Shown here: in pieces, positions 20,422 through 30,715 of the stretch | Layout of the letters: each line of letters starts with the position of its first letter | How positions within the stretch are numbered: position 1 is the stretch's first letter | Origin: Thermoproteota archaeon | GTDB taxonomy: Archaea > Asgardarchaeota > Jordiarchaeia > Jordiarchaeales > Freyrarchaeaceae | DNA length: 64,000 nucleotides | Direction: 5' to 3' | Assembly: GCA_029258835.1 (NCBI GenBank) | Contig: JAPDJY010000006.1 | Coordinates: forward strand, 16,497-80,496 | The notes under the pieces: generated by a model | Database searches by the model: none | Told to the model about the DNA's origin: nothing | The model's input: only the letters and a program-made list of their open reading frames with translations | Position numbers and translations under genes: made by a program

Positions 20422-21214
20422 TCCAAACAACCCTACGCTTATCATACGGTTTGCCTTTAAGGTAGAACACGCGTAACCCATACTCCCATGCAAGCTGCTG
20501 TAATGCCGCAACAGTCACCCTCGTCCCATCTGTCACGTCTATTATCGGCTCCGACTTCGCCAAAAGCTTTTTCACTACGTTCTCTGCAACCCTATATATT
20601 TCTTCATAGTCGTAGAGGACGTCCTCGCTAACCCATAATATCTCCGCCACCTCTGTTCGTCCACTAATCTTCCCCTTCATCTTGTCCTCCGCAATAAAAA
20701 CATACTTGTTCGGGGCTATGCCCTCCTGCTCCTTAAGACGCCACCCAATCTCTCTTATTAGAAAGGGTTCTGAGTCGAGAGTTGCAACACACGAAAGAGG
20801 GGCATGCACATTCAGGTAGCGTCTTACCGCCTGCAACATCTTAGGATTGATCATCGCATACTTTATTTTCCAATCCCGGTAACGGACAATTACATTACTA
20901 TTCTCCAGTGCTTGAAGGTTAAAGTAAAGCTTCGCGTCGGAAACCTCCTTAGGGGTAACCCCAAGCACCTTAGCTAAAGCATACCTTAACTCGATTCCCG
21001 TCTTAGGCCCATCAAGTAACTCCTTCAATATAATGCGACGTGCTTCAACACCCCCCACGGCACGAACTATGGTCATTAACGATTGGTTCAAAACAGACAC
21101 CACAACTCCTCTTTTAGTACCACCCTCCACTCGATCAGTTAAAAAGATGAAAACAAAAAATAATAAAATTTTCCGAAAGCGCCTCCGCAAAGCAAATGGC
21201 AAACTGAAAATCAA
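20408..21214 (-). CDS. Winged-helix transcriptional regulator with C-terminal CARF-like Rossmann domain
   Basis: N-terminal ArsR/PadR-like HTH (RRIILKELLDGPKT...LYFNLQALE); C-terminal IIDVTDGTR...L....GLRVFYL; true start probably ~21094. Confidence 0.6.
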   Translation of the reverse strand: MIFSLPFALRRRFRKILLFFVFIFLTDRVEGGTKRGVVVSVLNQSLMTIVRAVGGVEARRIILKELLDGPKTGIELRYALAKVLGVTPKEVSDAKLYFNLQALENSNVIVRYRDWKIKYAMINPKMLQAVRRYLNVHAPLSCVATLDSEPFLIREIGWRLKEQEGIAPNKYVFIAEDKMKGKISGRTEVAEILWVSEDVLYDYEEIYRVAENVVKKLLAKSEPIIDVTDGTRVTVAALQQLAWEYGLRVFYLKGKPYDKRRVVWIKKD

Positions 21215-21355
21215 ATACGCCTTACTTAGCTTTTAACTTGGCTATTGTTTAGCTATAGTTTAGCTATATGAAAGCCAAGGATCATGTGCTCTCTACGTTA
21301 GCAACGGGAGGCGTCAAAGAACCTATAAACCACGAAAAAGGGAAAAAAAATAAAT

Positions 21356-22240
21356 TTAACCTTCACTACCTTTCTCTTCCTCATCAAACTTTTTGACAAG
21401 CTTTACCGGGATCCCAGCCCATACGCTATTGCTCGGAAGCTTGGCTCCCTTCGGAACCATCGAATATGTGCCGATTATTACGTTGTCGCCTAGCTCCGCC
21501 CCGGGCCACACGAGCGAGCGAAACCCGAGCACACACTTGCGTCCTACCTTCGCTTTAGCGAATAGAATGGTGTCCCCTTCTATTGCGTGCCCAGCAATGC
21601 AACTGTATGCTCCCATTACTGTTCCATCCCCTACCTCTGCTAGGTACGGGTCTAGGATCGTTGCAGGGAAAACGTTTTTTCCCACCTTAGCGCCTAAGGC
21701 CTTATACATCAGGCGGCTCAGCTCGGCTCGTCCCCATGGCCCCTCACCGAAGAAATTTAGGAATGTCCCGGTTATTGTGGCGTTTAGTATAAACTGTCTT
21801 ACGACAGGGTTTGCTGGAGTGTACGGGTACCTTCCTTCAGGTATCGGTTTAACAAGGATCTTAGCGAAGACCAGCAGGTAGAGGAAGTAAATGAACTTTG
21901 CTATTACGTGTACTATCGGTATTGCTGCTAGGATCAAGGCTACCGTTGCGGGGGTTAGCGTGATGGTTAACCCTCCTAATGTTAATGTGGGGTAGCCCAA
22001 GATAGGCCAGAGAACCGGGTAATTCACGTAGAACGTGTCTAGAACCCATTGTAGCACTTTAAAGGCTACGAAGATAATTGATGTGACTGTTAGGAATGTT
22101 AGGATCGCTGGGGCTATAAGGAATAAGTTGTGCCGTACTGCAAACCAAGTGTTCGCCCTTCTGAGAGCCCTCGCCTCCTGCTTTAACTCTTCCTGTGTTA
22201 GTATCTTAGCGTTCTGCCTGTCGGCACCTTTACCGTTCAT
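21356..22240 (-). CDS. Membrane-anchored hexapeptide-repeat (LbH) acyltransferase-like protein
   Basis: Hydrophobic N-terminal helices; GAKVGKNV, EVGDGTVMG, VGRKCVLG, WAGIPVK. Confidence 0.75.
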   Translation of the reverse strand: MNGKGADRQNAKILTQEELKQEARALRRANTWFAVRHNLFLIAPAILTFLTVTSIIFVAFKVLQWVLDTFYVNYPVLWPILGYPTLTLGGLTITLTPATVALILAAIPIVHVIAKFIYFLYLLVFAKILVKPIPEGRYPYTPANPVVRQFILNATITGTFLNFFGEGPWGRAELSRLMYKALGAKVGKNVFPATILDPYLAEVGDGTVMGAYSCIAGHAIEGDTILFAKAKVGRKCVLGFRSLVWPGAELGDNVIIGTYSMVPKGAKLPSNSVWAGIPVKLVKKFDEEEKGSEG

Positions 22241-22376
22241 GTGGACACCTCGCTTATCAGCCTTCCTTAAGCTTTCCTTAATACTTTCCTTCTAAGATTT
22301 ATAATTTTTCAAAACATCACCATCTCAGAATTAAACGCCTTTACGCCTTTAAACATTGAAAAATCGAGGTATTCCA

Positions 22377-23792
22377 TTAAAGCCCCATTTTGCCGGGGTT
22401 TAATATGCCGAGTGGGTCGAAGGCTTTCTTTATTGCCCTCATGAGCCTCAGGGACGTTGCTCCATGGATTCTCTCCATGTATTCTGCTCTTAGAATTCCT
22501 ATTCCATGCTCCCCGCTTATGTTTCCTCCGAGTTTAACTGCTAGCTCATATATTTCCCTTGCTAGGTGCCGCATTTTTTCCCATTCCTCTCTGCTAGTTG
22601 GATCCACCATTATTCCTGAGTGGCAGTTCCCATCCCCTGCATGCCCATAAAGGCACACCGGTATCCCGTATTTTTCCGAGATCTTGTGTACCTCCCTGAT
22701 GAAGGCTGGGAGTTTTGAGAGAGGGACGCACACGTCCTCTGCCTCATATATTCTAACCCTTCTCCGGTCAACATTCATTATCGCACCACCTACAAGCTCC
22801 CTCCCCGTTAAAAGCTTCTCCTTTTCGTTTGGATCGTCAGTCCACTCCGTTTTCCCACCAAGCTCCTTGCATGCTTCAACTATGACCTTAATTTGATGCT
22901 CTACTTCTTTGGCTTCCCCCTCGACCTCGAAGTAGAGGGCTGCCTCAGCCTGAGGGAGGTTGAGGGAAGGCATGTACCTGTTAACGGCTTCTATGGATTT
23001 CCCGTCCAAGATCTCTATTGCTGACGGCGTAATCCTCCTTAGAACCGTGTTCGCTACCCTAGCCGCCTTAGAGATGTCTTGGAAGTATGCTACAGCCACC
23101 GCAGACATTTCAGGTATTGGGAGAACCCTGAGGGTTGCCTCCGTTATTATTCCAAGCGTCCCTTCCGACCCTATGAAAAGCTGGAGGAGGTCGTATCCTA
23201 AACATCTTTTAAGGGTTTTCCCTCCAAGCTTTAATATTTCACCTGAAGGGAGAACCACTCTTAACCCTAGAACGAAGTTCCTAGTTACCCCGTACTTCAC
23301 CGCGTGCATCCCACCTGCGTTTGTAGAGATCATCCCGCCGATGGTGCACATCTTCTTGCTACCCGGGCTTGGAGGGAAGAAGACGCCGTGCTCCGACAGC
23401 TTCTTGTTTAGTTCTTCAGGGACGATCCCTGCCTCAACCGTAACGCAGAAGTTGTCGGAGTCCACCTCTAAGATCCTATTCATCCTGCTTAGGTCTACCA
23501 CTATTCCTCCGTAGAGTGGAACGGCTCCGCCGCAGAGCCCTGTCCCGGCCCCCCTCGGCGTTACAGGAATCCTTTTTTCAGACGCTATCCTCATGATCCC
23601 TGAAACCTGCTCCGTGGTTTCAGGAATGACTACCACGTCTGGGAGGGCGCTGAAAAGGGATGCATCGCTAGAATAAACATATCTTTCAACTATATCCGTC
23701 TTAACGTTTTCACGCCCTAAGGTTTCCACGAGTTTTTCAATAACTTCATCGTCAACCTTACTGAAACCGCGCTCCTCCTCCAACGGGGACAC
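22377..23792 (-). CDS. FAD-binding 2-hydroxyacid oxidoreductase (GlcD/D-lactate dehydrogenase family)
   Basis: PRGAGTGLCGG, GSEGTLGIITE, GHAGDGNCH, SGEHGIG, FDPLGILNPGK. Confidence 0.9.
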   Translation of the reverse strand: MSPLEEERGFSKVDDEVIEKLVETLGRENVKTDIVERYVYSSDASLFSALPDVVVIPETTEQVSGIMRIASEKRIPVTPRGAGTGLCGGAVPLYGGIVVDLSRMNRILEVDSDNFCVTVEAGIVPEELNKKLSEHGVFFPPSPGSKKMCTIGGMISTNAGGMHAVKYGVTRNFVLGLRVVLPSGEILKLGGKTLKRCLGYDLLQLFIGSEGTLGIITEATLRVLPIPEMSAVAVAYFQDISKAARVANTVLRRITPSAIEILDGKSIEAVNRYMPSLNLPQAEAALYFEVEGEAKEVEHQIKVIVEACKELGGKTEWTDDPNEKEKLLTGRELVGGAIMNVDRRRVRIYEAEDVCVPLSKLPAFIREVHKISEKYGIPVCLYGHAGDGNCHSGIMVDPTSREEWEKMRHLAREIYELAVKLGGNISGEHGIGILRAEYMERIHGATSLRLMRAIKKAFDPLGILNPGKMGL

Positions 23793-23807
23793 CTTAAGCT
23801 CCTATGG

Positions 23808-26800
23808 TTAGCATGATATGGAATGCTTCTCGACATTCCTTAAGGCTTCAAGGTGCTCGTTTAACGACTTTACCGAAAGCTTCTTCCCGCTCTTCCTTAT
23901 ACGCTCCAATGCGTCAACAATCGCCTTAGCCATCTTCAGGTTTGTTACGACCGGTATGTTGTACTCTATGGCTTTCCTCCTTATCATGTACTCATCTTTC
24001 AGCATTTCAGCATATTTCTCCAGCGTCCCTGTCCGGGGAATGTTGATAACCAAGTCCACCTGCCTGTTTAAAAGGAGATCTCTTATGTTGGGTTTCCTTT
24101 GAGGTTCACTTATCTTATAGACGACATTCACGTTCTTTATTCCCGCTTTAACTAGAGCCTCCGCAGTGTGTTCAGTAGCGTAGATGGAGTAGCCCATGTC
24201 TGAAAGCTTCTTAACGATTGGTGTTATCTCCCGCTTAAGCCGCCGTCCTCCAACGGTGACAAGTATGTTGCCTCCTCCCAATGGAACGTTAAACTCGGCT
24301 GCCAGCAACGCCTTTATGAACGCCTCCTCTAAGCTGTCCCCCAAGCACGCCACCTCTCCCGTTGAAACCATTTCAACACCCAAAACCGGATCGGCCCCAT
24401 CAAGCCTCATAAACGAAAACTGGGGAACCTTAACTCCTACGTGAGGCAGGTAAGCTGGCTTCTTAACGTTCAGCTCTTTAAGCTTCCGCCCTAGCATCAC
24501 CTGGGCTGCAACCTCCATCAAGTTTACACCAGTCGTCTTGCTGACGTAGGGCATGGAGCGGGAAGCTCTGAGGTTACACTCTATAACGTAAACCATTCCG
24601 TCCTTGACCAAGTACTGAATGTTAAATGGCCCCTTTATCCTTAGGGCTAAGGCTATCTTACACGTGTAATCTTCAATGGTTTTAACCACGTCTTCGGGAA
24701 GGCTGAAGGGTGGTATGCTCATCGTTGCATCGCCGGAGTGTACTCCTGCATCCTCCACGTGCTCTATTACAGCCCCAATCAGCACGCTCTCCCCGTCGCT
24801 CACCCCATCAACCTCAACCTCCCTCGCCCCCTCTATGAACTTTGATATGACCACTGGGTGCTCCCTAGAGACGGAGGATGCCAAAACCAAGAAGTCTTCG
24901 AGTTGCTCCTCGGTATACGCAACCCTCATAGCGGCTCCAGACAGGACGTAGCTTGGACGTACGAGAACAGGATATCCAACCATCCTCGCAAACTCCTTGG
25001 CTTCCTCGAGGGACGTAAGCTTGCTCCATGGAGGTTGAGGTATCCCAAGCTCTTCTAGGAGGGAGCTGAACTTAGCTCTGTCCTCAGCCCTGTCAATGTC
25101 CTCCCCCGCCGTCCCTAGGATCTTGACTCCTGCCTTAGCAAGCTTGGGCGCTATGTTATTTGGTATCTGCCCTCCAACCGATACTATGACCCCTAAGGGC
25201 TTCTCCTTCTCATAAATGTCTAAAACCCTTTCAAAGGACAATTCCTCGAAGTAAAGCTTGTCGCTTATGTCATAGTCCGTTGAAACAGTTTCCGGATTAT
25301 AGTTTATGATTATGGCCTCGTCGACGCCGTTGTCTTTGAGGGCGAAAACCGTGTTGACGCAGCACCAGTCAAATTCCACAGAGCTCCCTATTCTGTACGT
25401 CCCCGCGCCTAGAACAATAACCTTACTGTTTCCTTCAAAAGTTATATCGTCCACCTCGCCCCCATACGTCAAGTACAAGTAGTTTGTTTTCGCGGGCCAC
25501 TCTGCTGCAAGCGTGTCGATCTGCTTAACGACGGGAACTATCCCCAACCTTTTCCTGATCCTTCTGACTTCCAGCTCGTCTATCCCAAGGTACATGGATA
25601 TTTGCTGGTCGGAGAATCCTGCCCTCTTCGCCCTGAACAGCAGGTCCTTAAGCTCCTCTTCTTCAAGGCTGTCAACCCCTCTCCTCCCGGCCTCTTTAAG
25701 CTCATCCTCCAAGTCCACTATGTTCTTTATCTTCTGTATAAACCACCTGTCAACGCCGCTTAACTCGTGGATCCTATCAACACTCAGCCCGTACTTTAAG
25801 GCTTTAACGATCTTGAAGCATCTCTCATCGGTTGGGTGTGCTAGGACGTATTCGATGTGCTCGAGCGGCTCAGGTTTCTCCTCGTCAACGTTCCCTACAA
25901 GCCCAATCTTCCCTATATCCAGCATCCTCACCGCTTTCTGTATAGCCTCCTCAAAGCATCGACCTATAGCCATCACTTCACCGACGCTCTTCATCTGAGG
26001 CCCTACCTCACGGCTGACGTTAGAGAACTTCTGCAGGTCCCAGCGGGGAAACTTGACTACGATGTAGTCTAGGGCTGGCTCAAAGCACGCCGTAGTAACC
26101 ATAGTCACCTTATTCATAAGTTCTGGAAGGGTGTATCCTACAGCCAGCTTAGCTGCAATGTACGCTAATGGGTAACCTGTAGCCTTCGACGCTAAAGCGG
26201 AGGAACGGGAAAGACGCGCATTAACCTCTATAACCCTAAACTCCTCACTTTCAGGATGCAATGCATACTGTATGTTGCACTCCCCAACTATCCCCAGAGA
26301 CCTTATCACCCTTATTGACGCATCCCTAAGAAGGTGGTACTCCCTGTTGGTGAGCGTCTGACTAGGCGCTATAACTATCGAGTCACCCGTGTGAACCCCC
26401 ATAGGGTCAAAGTTCTCCATGTTGCAAACCGTTATGCAGTTATCCTGGTAGTCCCTCACCACCTCATACTCGATCTCCTTCCACTTCCCAACATACTCCT
26501 CCACTAAAACTTGACTGATCCTGCTCTGAGCAAGCCCCCTCCTGCTAATCTCAACTAGTTCCTCCCTGTTCCTAGCCACCCCTGACCCCCGTCCCCCAAG
26601 GGTATAAGCCACCCTAACTATAACGGGGTACCCTATCTCCTCCGCAACCTCCAAGGCCTCATCAACCGAGGATGCTGGACTGCTTTTAAGGACGGGGACG
26701 CCGGCTTCGATCATGGCTTGCCTGAAAAGCTCCCTATCCTCCGTTACCTCTATCGCCCTTATGGGCGTTCCTAAAACCTCCACTCCATACCTGTCAAAGA

Positions 26801-27125
26801 CTCCTCTCTTGGCGAGTTCCACCCCGCAGTTAAGAGCGGTCTGCCCTCCGAACCCCAAAAGAACACCGTCAGGTCTTTCTTTCTCGATGACTCTCTCAAC
26901 AAACTCGGGGGTTACGGGGAGTAGGTAAACCCTGTCAGCCATCCGAAGATCCGTCTGAATAGTTGCGATGTTAGGGTTAACGAGAACGGTTTCTATCCCC
27001 TCCTCCTTCAACGCTTTCAACGCTTGGCTCCCCGAGTAGTCAAACTCGCCAGCCTGCCCTATCCTTATGGCTCCACTACCCAGAATTAACACCTTATTTA
27101 CCCATTCAAACCGAGCCACTTTCAC
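23808..27125 (-). CDS. carB: Carbamoyl-phosphate synthase large subunit
   Basis: IGQAGEFDYSG, GVHTGDS, EVNARLSRSS, duplicated ATP-grasp, MGS domain. Confidence 0.98.
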   Translation of the reverse strand: MKVARFEWVNKVLILGSGAIRIGQAGEFDYSGSQALKALKEEGIETVLVNPNIATIQTDLRMADRVYLLPVTPEFVERVIEKERPDGVLLGFGGQTALNCGVELAKRGVFDRYGVEVLGTPIRAIEVTEDRELFRQAMIEAGVPVLKSSPASSVDEALEVAEEIGYPVIVRVAYTLGGRGSGVARNREELVEISRRGLAQSRISQVLVEEYVGKWKEIEYEVVRDYQDNCITVCNMENFDPMGVHTGDSIVIAPSQTLTNREYHLLRDASIRVIRSLGIVGECNIQYALHPESEEFRVIEVNARLSRSSALASKATGYPLAYIAAKLAVGYTLPELMNKVTMVTTACFEPALDYIVVKFPRWDLQKFSNVSREVGPQMKSVGEVMAIGRCFEEAIQKAVRMLDIGKIGLVGNVDEEKPEPLEHIEYVLAHPTDERCFKIVKALKYGLSVDRIHELSGVDRWFIQKIKNIVDLEDELKEAGRRGVDSLEEEELKDLLFRAKRAGFSDQQISMYLGIDELEVRRIRKRLGIVPVVKQIDTLAAEWPAKTNYLYLTYGGEVDDITFEGNSKVIVLGAGTYRIGSSVEFDWCCVNTVFALKDNGVDEAIIINYNPETVSTDYDISDKLYFEELSFERVLDIYEKEKPLGVIVSVGGQIPNNIAPKLAKAGVKILGTAGEDIDRAEDRAKFSSLLEELGIPQPPWSKLTSLEEAKEFARMVGYPVLVRPSYVLSGAAMRVAYTEEQLEDFLVLASSVSREHPVVISKFIEGAREVEVDGVSDGESVLIGAVIEHVEDAGVHSGDATMSIPPFSLPEDVVKTIEDYTCKIALALRIKGPFNIQYLVKDGMVYVIECNLRASRSMPYVSKTTGVNLMEVAAQVMLGRKLKELNVKKPAYLPHVGVKVPQFSFMRLDGADPVLGVEMVSTGEVACLGDSLEEAFIKALLAAEFNVPLGGGNILVTVGGRRLKREITPIVKKLSDMGYSIYATEHTAEALVKAGIKNVNVVYKISEPQRKPNIRDLLLNRQVDLVINIPRTGTLEKYAEMLKDEYMIRRKAIEYNIPVVTNLKMAKAIVDALERIRKSGKKLSVKSLNEHLEALRNVEKHSISC

Positions 27126-28288
27126 CGCTCCTCCACGTATTTTATGAACAGGTCGAAGAGGAACTCTGTGTCAAAGGGCCCGGGACTGTGCTCCGGGTGA
27201 AACTGGACAGAGAAAGCCTGCCACCTCCTATGCCTAACACCCTCGACCGTTCCATCATTAGCGTTAACAAAGGAAACGGTTAATCCAGTTTCCGCTAGGG
27301 ACTCTTCACTAACAGCATATCCATGGTTCTGCGTCGTAACATAGCACCTCCTAGTTTCAACGTCCATGCACGGTTGATTCTGAGACCTATGCCCATACTT
27401 CAACTTGTAAGTGTCTCCTCCACACGCAAGAGAAAGGATCTGATTGCCAAAGCATATCCCGAAGATGGGAACTTCTCCTAAGAGTCCTCTAACCGTTTCC
27501 ACTGTTTCACGTGCACGCTTAGGGTCTCCAGGACCATTACTTATAACAACACCAGAAGGCCTACACTCCAAAACTTCATCCGCACTCGTATCATATGGTA
27601 CACGGATAACCCTTACACCCCTCCTCAAAAGCTGACGCAGGATGTTAAACTTGACCCCGCAATCCAGCAAGACAACGGTTCTCCCTCTATCACCGTAAAC
27701 CACCGGCTCATCGCAGGAGACCTCGGATACAAGATTCCTCTCGTTCGGGTCATGAACATGCCGCACCTCCCTTAAAAGCCTATCAACGTCAGGCTCCACG
27801 CCTTCATCGCAAACCTCTAAAACACCAAGCATAACCCCCTTAACCCTAAGCTTCTTAGTCAACTCCCTCGTGTCAACCCCCTCAATCCCCGGAACCCCCT
27901 CCTCTTCCAGCCACCCACTAAGACTCTTAACAGAACTCCAATGGCTGGGGGTCTTACAACACTCGTGGACGACGAACCCCTGAACCTTGATCCCATCAGA
28001 CTCGAAGTAGGCAGGCAACCCCCAACTATCAACAACGCTCCACGAAGGAACGCCATAATTCCCCACAAGCGGATACGTTAAAACAAGAATTTGCCCGTGA
28101 TACGACGGGTCAGTTAAACTCTCAACATAACCAACCATACCCGTGTTAAAAACAACCTCACCGGAGACGCGGCCCACAGCGCCAAATCCGTACCCGAGAA
28201 AAACGCTTCCATCCTCTAACACTAAGGCTGCATTCCTAACCTTCCAACCCGTCGAGGCCAACGCTCCAAAACCCTCAGCAAGTTTCAC
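27122..28288 (-). CDS. carA: Carbamoyl-phosphate synthase small subunit
   Basis: GEVVFNTGMVGY, SNGPGDP, GICFG.Q, QFHPE. Confidence 0.97.
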   Translation of the reverse strand: MKLAEGFGALASTGWKVRNAALVLEDGSVFLGYGFGAVGRVSGEVVFNTGMVGYVESLTDPSYHGQILVLTYPLVGNYGVPSWSVVDSWGLPAYFESDGIKVQGFVVHECCKTPSHWSSVKSLSGWLEEEGVPGIEGVDTRELTKKLRVKGVMLGVLEVCDEGVEPDVDRLLREVRHVHDPNERNLVSEVSCDEPVVYGDRGRTVVLLDCGVKFNILRQLLRRGVRVIRVPYDTSADEVLECRPSGVVISNGPGDPKRARETVETVRGLLGEVPIFGICFGNQILSLACGGDTYKLKYGHRSQNQPCMDVETRRCYVTTQNHGYAVSEESLAETGLTVSFVNANDGTVEGVRHRRWQAFSVQFHPEHSPGPFDTEFLFDLFIKYVEER

Positions 28289-28426
28289 AACAAAATTATT
28301 TAAAACTTACGATACTCCCAGAACACATCCGCACAATAACGTTGAAAAATCGGTATGGAACCAGTACGGGGAAAGCAGGGAACAGCAATCCTCTCTTCAT
28401 TAAAAAATGATAAGAGAGGAGACATT

Positions 28427-29527
28427 TTATTCCTCTTCTTTCACAAATTTTTCCTTTAACTTCTCCAGAACTTGCGGCAACGTCGTGTACTCCATTTCAT
28501 CGGGGCCAAGCCTGTGGAACATGAAGGGGCCATGTCTCCTCATATAGTCGGCTATCTGGTTGGCTATTCTTCTCGCCTCGTCGAAGGCTGGGTCGTCGAA
28601 CAGGTCTGCTGGGCCTATTAACCGCCCGTCTGAGACCTGGAAGCCTAATGCTATGATCCGTGGTGGCCCGTCAAAGCGTGTACACTTCGCATCCTTCTGC
28701 GACACAGGCATCAGCGGGCCCACATGCGAGCCACGCATCCACCCGGCCACCAAGTGTGGGAATGCGAAGGGCTCTAAGACTTCTCCTAGAGCTGGTAGCC
28801 CATGTTGGGCTCGTACGACTGCACATGGGTCGTCTTTCCCCACGTATCTTCCTGCGATTAGTGAAAGCCTTGTTATCGATATCGAGGCTGCGGGAGTTCC
28901 GTCCTTCTTGTACACTTTGCGGATTACGTATCGTCCAGGTGTTCCTATTATAGCGAGTAGGTCGTAAAGGTCTTCAGGGCAGGACAGTTTTACGTGTTGA
29001 TGTTCTATAACGTCGTAGATCTCGAAGACGAATCCGTCGTGCATGGATGGGTCTATTATTAATCCTGCAGTGTTAAATGGATCTGCGAAGATCTTATAGA
29101 GTGGGAGGTTGAACGCTCCTGGCTCCGTTTTGTCAGCCATGAAGCATACTATCGGGTCCGACCTTCTCTCCTCGAACTCTAGTTCTGCTACTCCTGGCCC
29201 CATTCCTCTCACGTTTCCCGAAAAGGTGTCCTTGAGCAGGTCTTGTCCCGCGGCGTAGAGTTTTAGTTCTCGTGATACTTCGGCTGCCTTTTGGAGCGTG
29301 TCCCATGCAAGCTTGTGGACTTCGGGGTTTGCTTCCCCCTTTCTGTGGCTCATTATGAGCTCTAGGTCGTCTCCGCAGTTGGTTACGTAGTAGTCTATGA
29401 TCACTCCCTCATCTGCCCCTTTCTGGAGGCTTTCCTTTGCTACCTCTATACATTCGTCATATACTATGTGGTGTCCTGCGAGGGATCCTATATCTGCTTT
29501 TATAATCGATACGGTTACTTTAGGCAT
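28427..29527 (-). CDS. fbp: Bifunctional fructose-1,6-bisphosphate aldolase/phosphatase (class V)
   Basis: IKADIG, GDD, YAAGQDLL, DKTEPGAFN, YVGKDDP, GWMRGSH, MEYTTLP. Confidence 0.96.
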   Translation of the reverse strand: MPKVTVSIIKADIGSLAGHHIVYDECIEVAKESLQKGADEGVIIDYYVTNCGDDLELIMSHRKGEANPEVHKLAWDTLQKAAEVSRELKLYAAGQDLLKDTFSGNVRGMGPGVAELEFEERRSDPIVCFMADKTEPGAFNLPLYKIFADPFNTAGLIIDPSMHDGFVFEIYDVIEHQHVKLSCPEDLYDLLAIIGTPGRYVIRKVYKKDGTPAASISITRLSLIAGRYVGKDDPCAVVRAQHGLPALGEVLEPFAFPHLVAGWMRGSHVGPLMPVSQKDAKCTRFDGPPRIIALGFQVSDGRLIGPADLFDDPAFDEARRIANQIADYMRRHGPFMFHRLGPDEMEYTTLPQVLEKLKEKFVKEEE

Positions 29528-29746
29528 GTTCTCCCTCTCCTTAAGGGGGCTATACGCCTCCCTCATAACAAGGTTATTTTGCATGCCTTATGTTTTTTGT
29601 TATCGCTCCCCGCCGCAACCGCCTCCGCCCCTCGTAAGAGGCTTCGCCCTCAAAGCCGATTATTACGTGTCCTTGCTTGTCTTCGAAGCTTGTTGCTGCG
29701 GAAACTTTATATTTCAATTCTTTTTTCTGAGGGGTGTGGTCTGGGG

Positions 29747-30574
29747 GTGATCTTGGTGGACGGGGCTGGCCTTGGTTTCGCTTTGGCCTTCAGCATACTT
29801 TACCCTCTATGTGTGTGTGTTCTGCTTTGGAGGTGGCGGTTTGGCTGGGAACCTCTTAAGCCTCTTGCAGTCGCTTTCATTGTCGGATTAGTGATGTTTT
29901 ATGTTGCCTACCTGCGCAAAGTTTATGCTTTATTCTTGTCTGGTGTTGGGCTCTACGCGGTCGACCTTGTAGCCACCGGCTTCGTGGAGGAGGCCGCTAA
30001 GCTTCTGGTGCTCTTCATTCCAGTGGTTAAACGGAGGGTAAGCGTGGAAACGGGGCTTTTCTACGGTATGGTGGCTGGCTTGGGTTTCGGTGCAGGTGAA
30101 GCCTTAATAGTATTAGCCGACGCCTCCCTCGCAGTCCCCGTCTTGGTTAACATCTGGCTCCTCCTTTACTGGTTGGAGGTGAGCGGTGCTCTGGTAAGCC
30201 TCCCGGAGCTCATCTGGCTCATCGATTTCACCCTCCTCTACTTAGCCTTCAATTTAGCCTTGTCTCTTTCTGTTCCATCCGTCTTCGGAGTGTCTCTTTT
30301 AGGGGTTTACGAGCGTTCCATAGTTGTCCTCTTGCATGGTGCTCTCACGGGCATTGTTGGGTGGGGTGTAGCTAGGAATGCTACCGTTAAGTTCTACCTT
30401 CTCGCAGTCGGCTTGCACATACTCGTCGACTTCTTCGCCGTCCTTTACATGCTAGGCCTGGCCAACGTGACCGTGGTGGAAGTGATCTTGACCGCCATCA
30501 CGGTTCCCCTTTTCCTGTACCTTCTATGGAAATCTACTCCCACCCAAGGCGATGCACTTACTCCATTGGCATAG
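29747..30574 (+). CDS. PrsW/YhfC-family intramembrane glutamic protease
   Basis: Multi-TM; GFVEEAAK, GLGFGAGE, ER....LH, H...D motifs. Confidence 0.75.
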   Translation: MILVDGAGLGFALAFSILYPLCVCVLLWRWRFGWEPLKPLAVAFIVGLVMFYVAYLRKVYALFLSGVGLYAVDLVATGFVEEAAKLLVLFIPVVKRRVSVETGLFYGMVAGLGFGAGEALIVLADASLAVPVLVNIWLLLYWLEVSGALVSLPELIWLIDFTLLYLAFNLALSLSVPSVFGVSLLGVYERSIVVLLHGALTGIVGWGVARNATVKFYLLAVGLHILVDFFAVLYMLGLANVTVVEVILTAITVPLFLYLLWKSTPTQGDALTPLA

Positions 30575-30715
30575 GCTCAGCATGCCCCCACTCTCTCCCA
30601 CTCTTACCTACCTTTAACGTTCCCCTTGCATGCTTCCCCCCAGCAGGGATCTTCTACGCTTGTTTTTTCCATAGGTTTATATTTTGGTGATCTTTCTGTT
30701 TTGAATGTGGTCGTA

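Noticed and set aside
22377-23792. GlcD-like oxidase as replacement for missing comC
   Set aside because: Opposite strand, separated by two genes, and the family typically acts on D-2-hydroxyacids whereas the ComB product is L-configured; no direct support.
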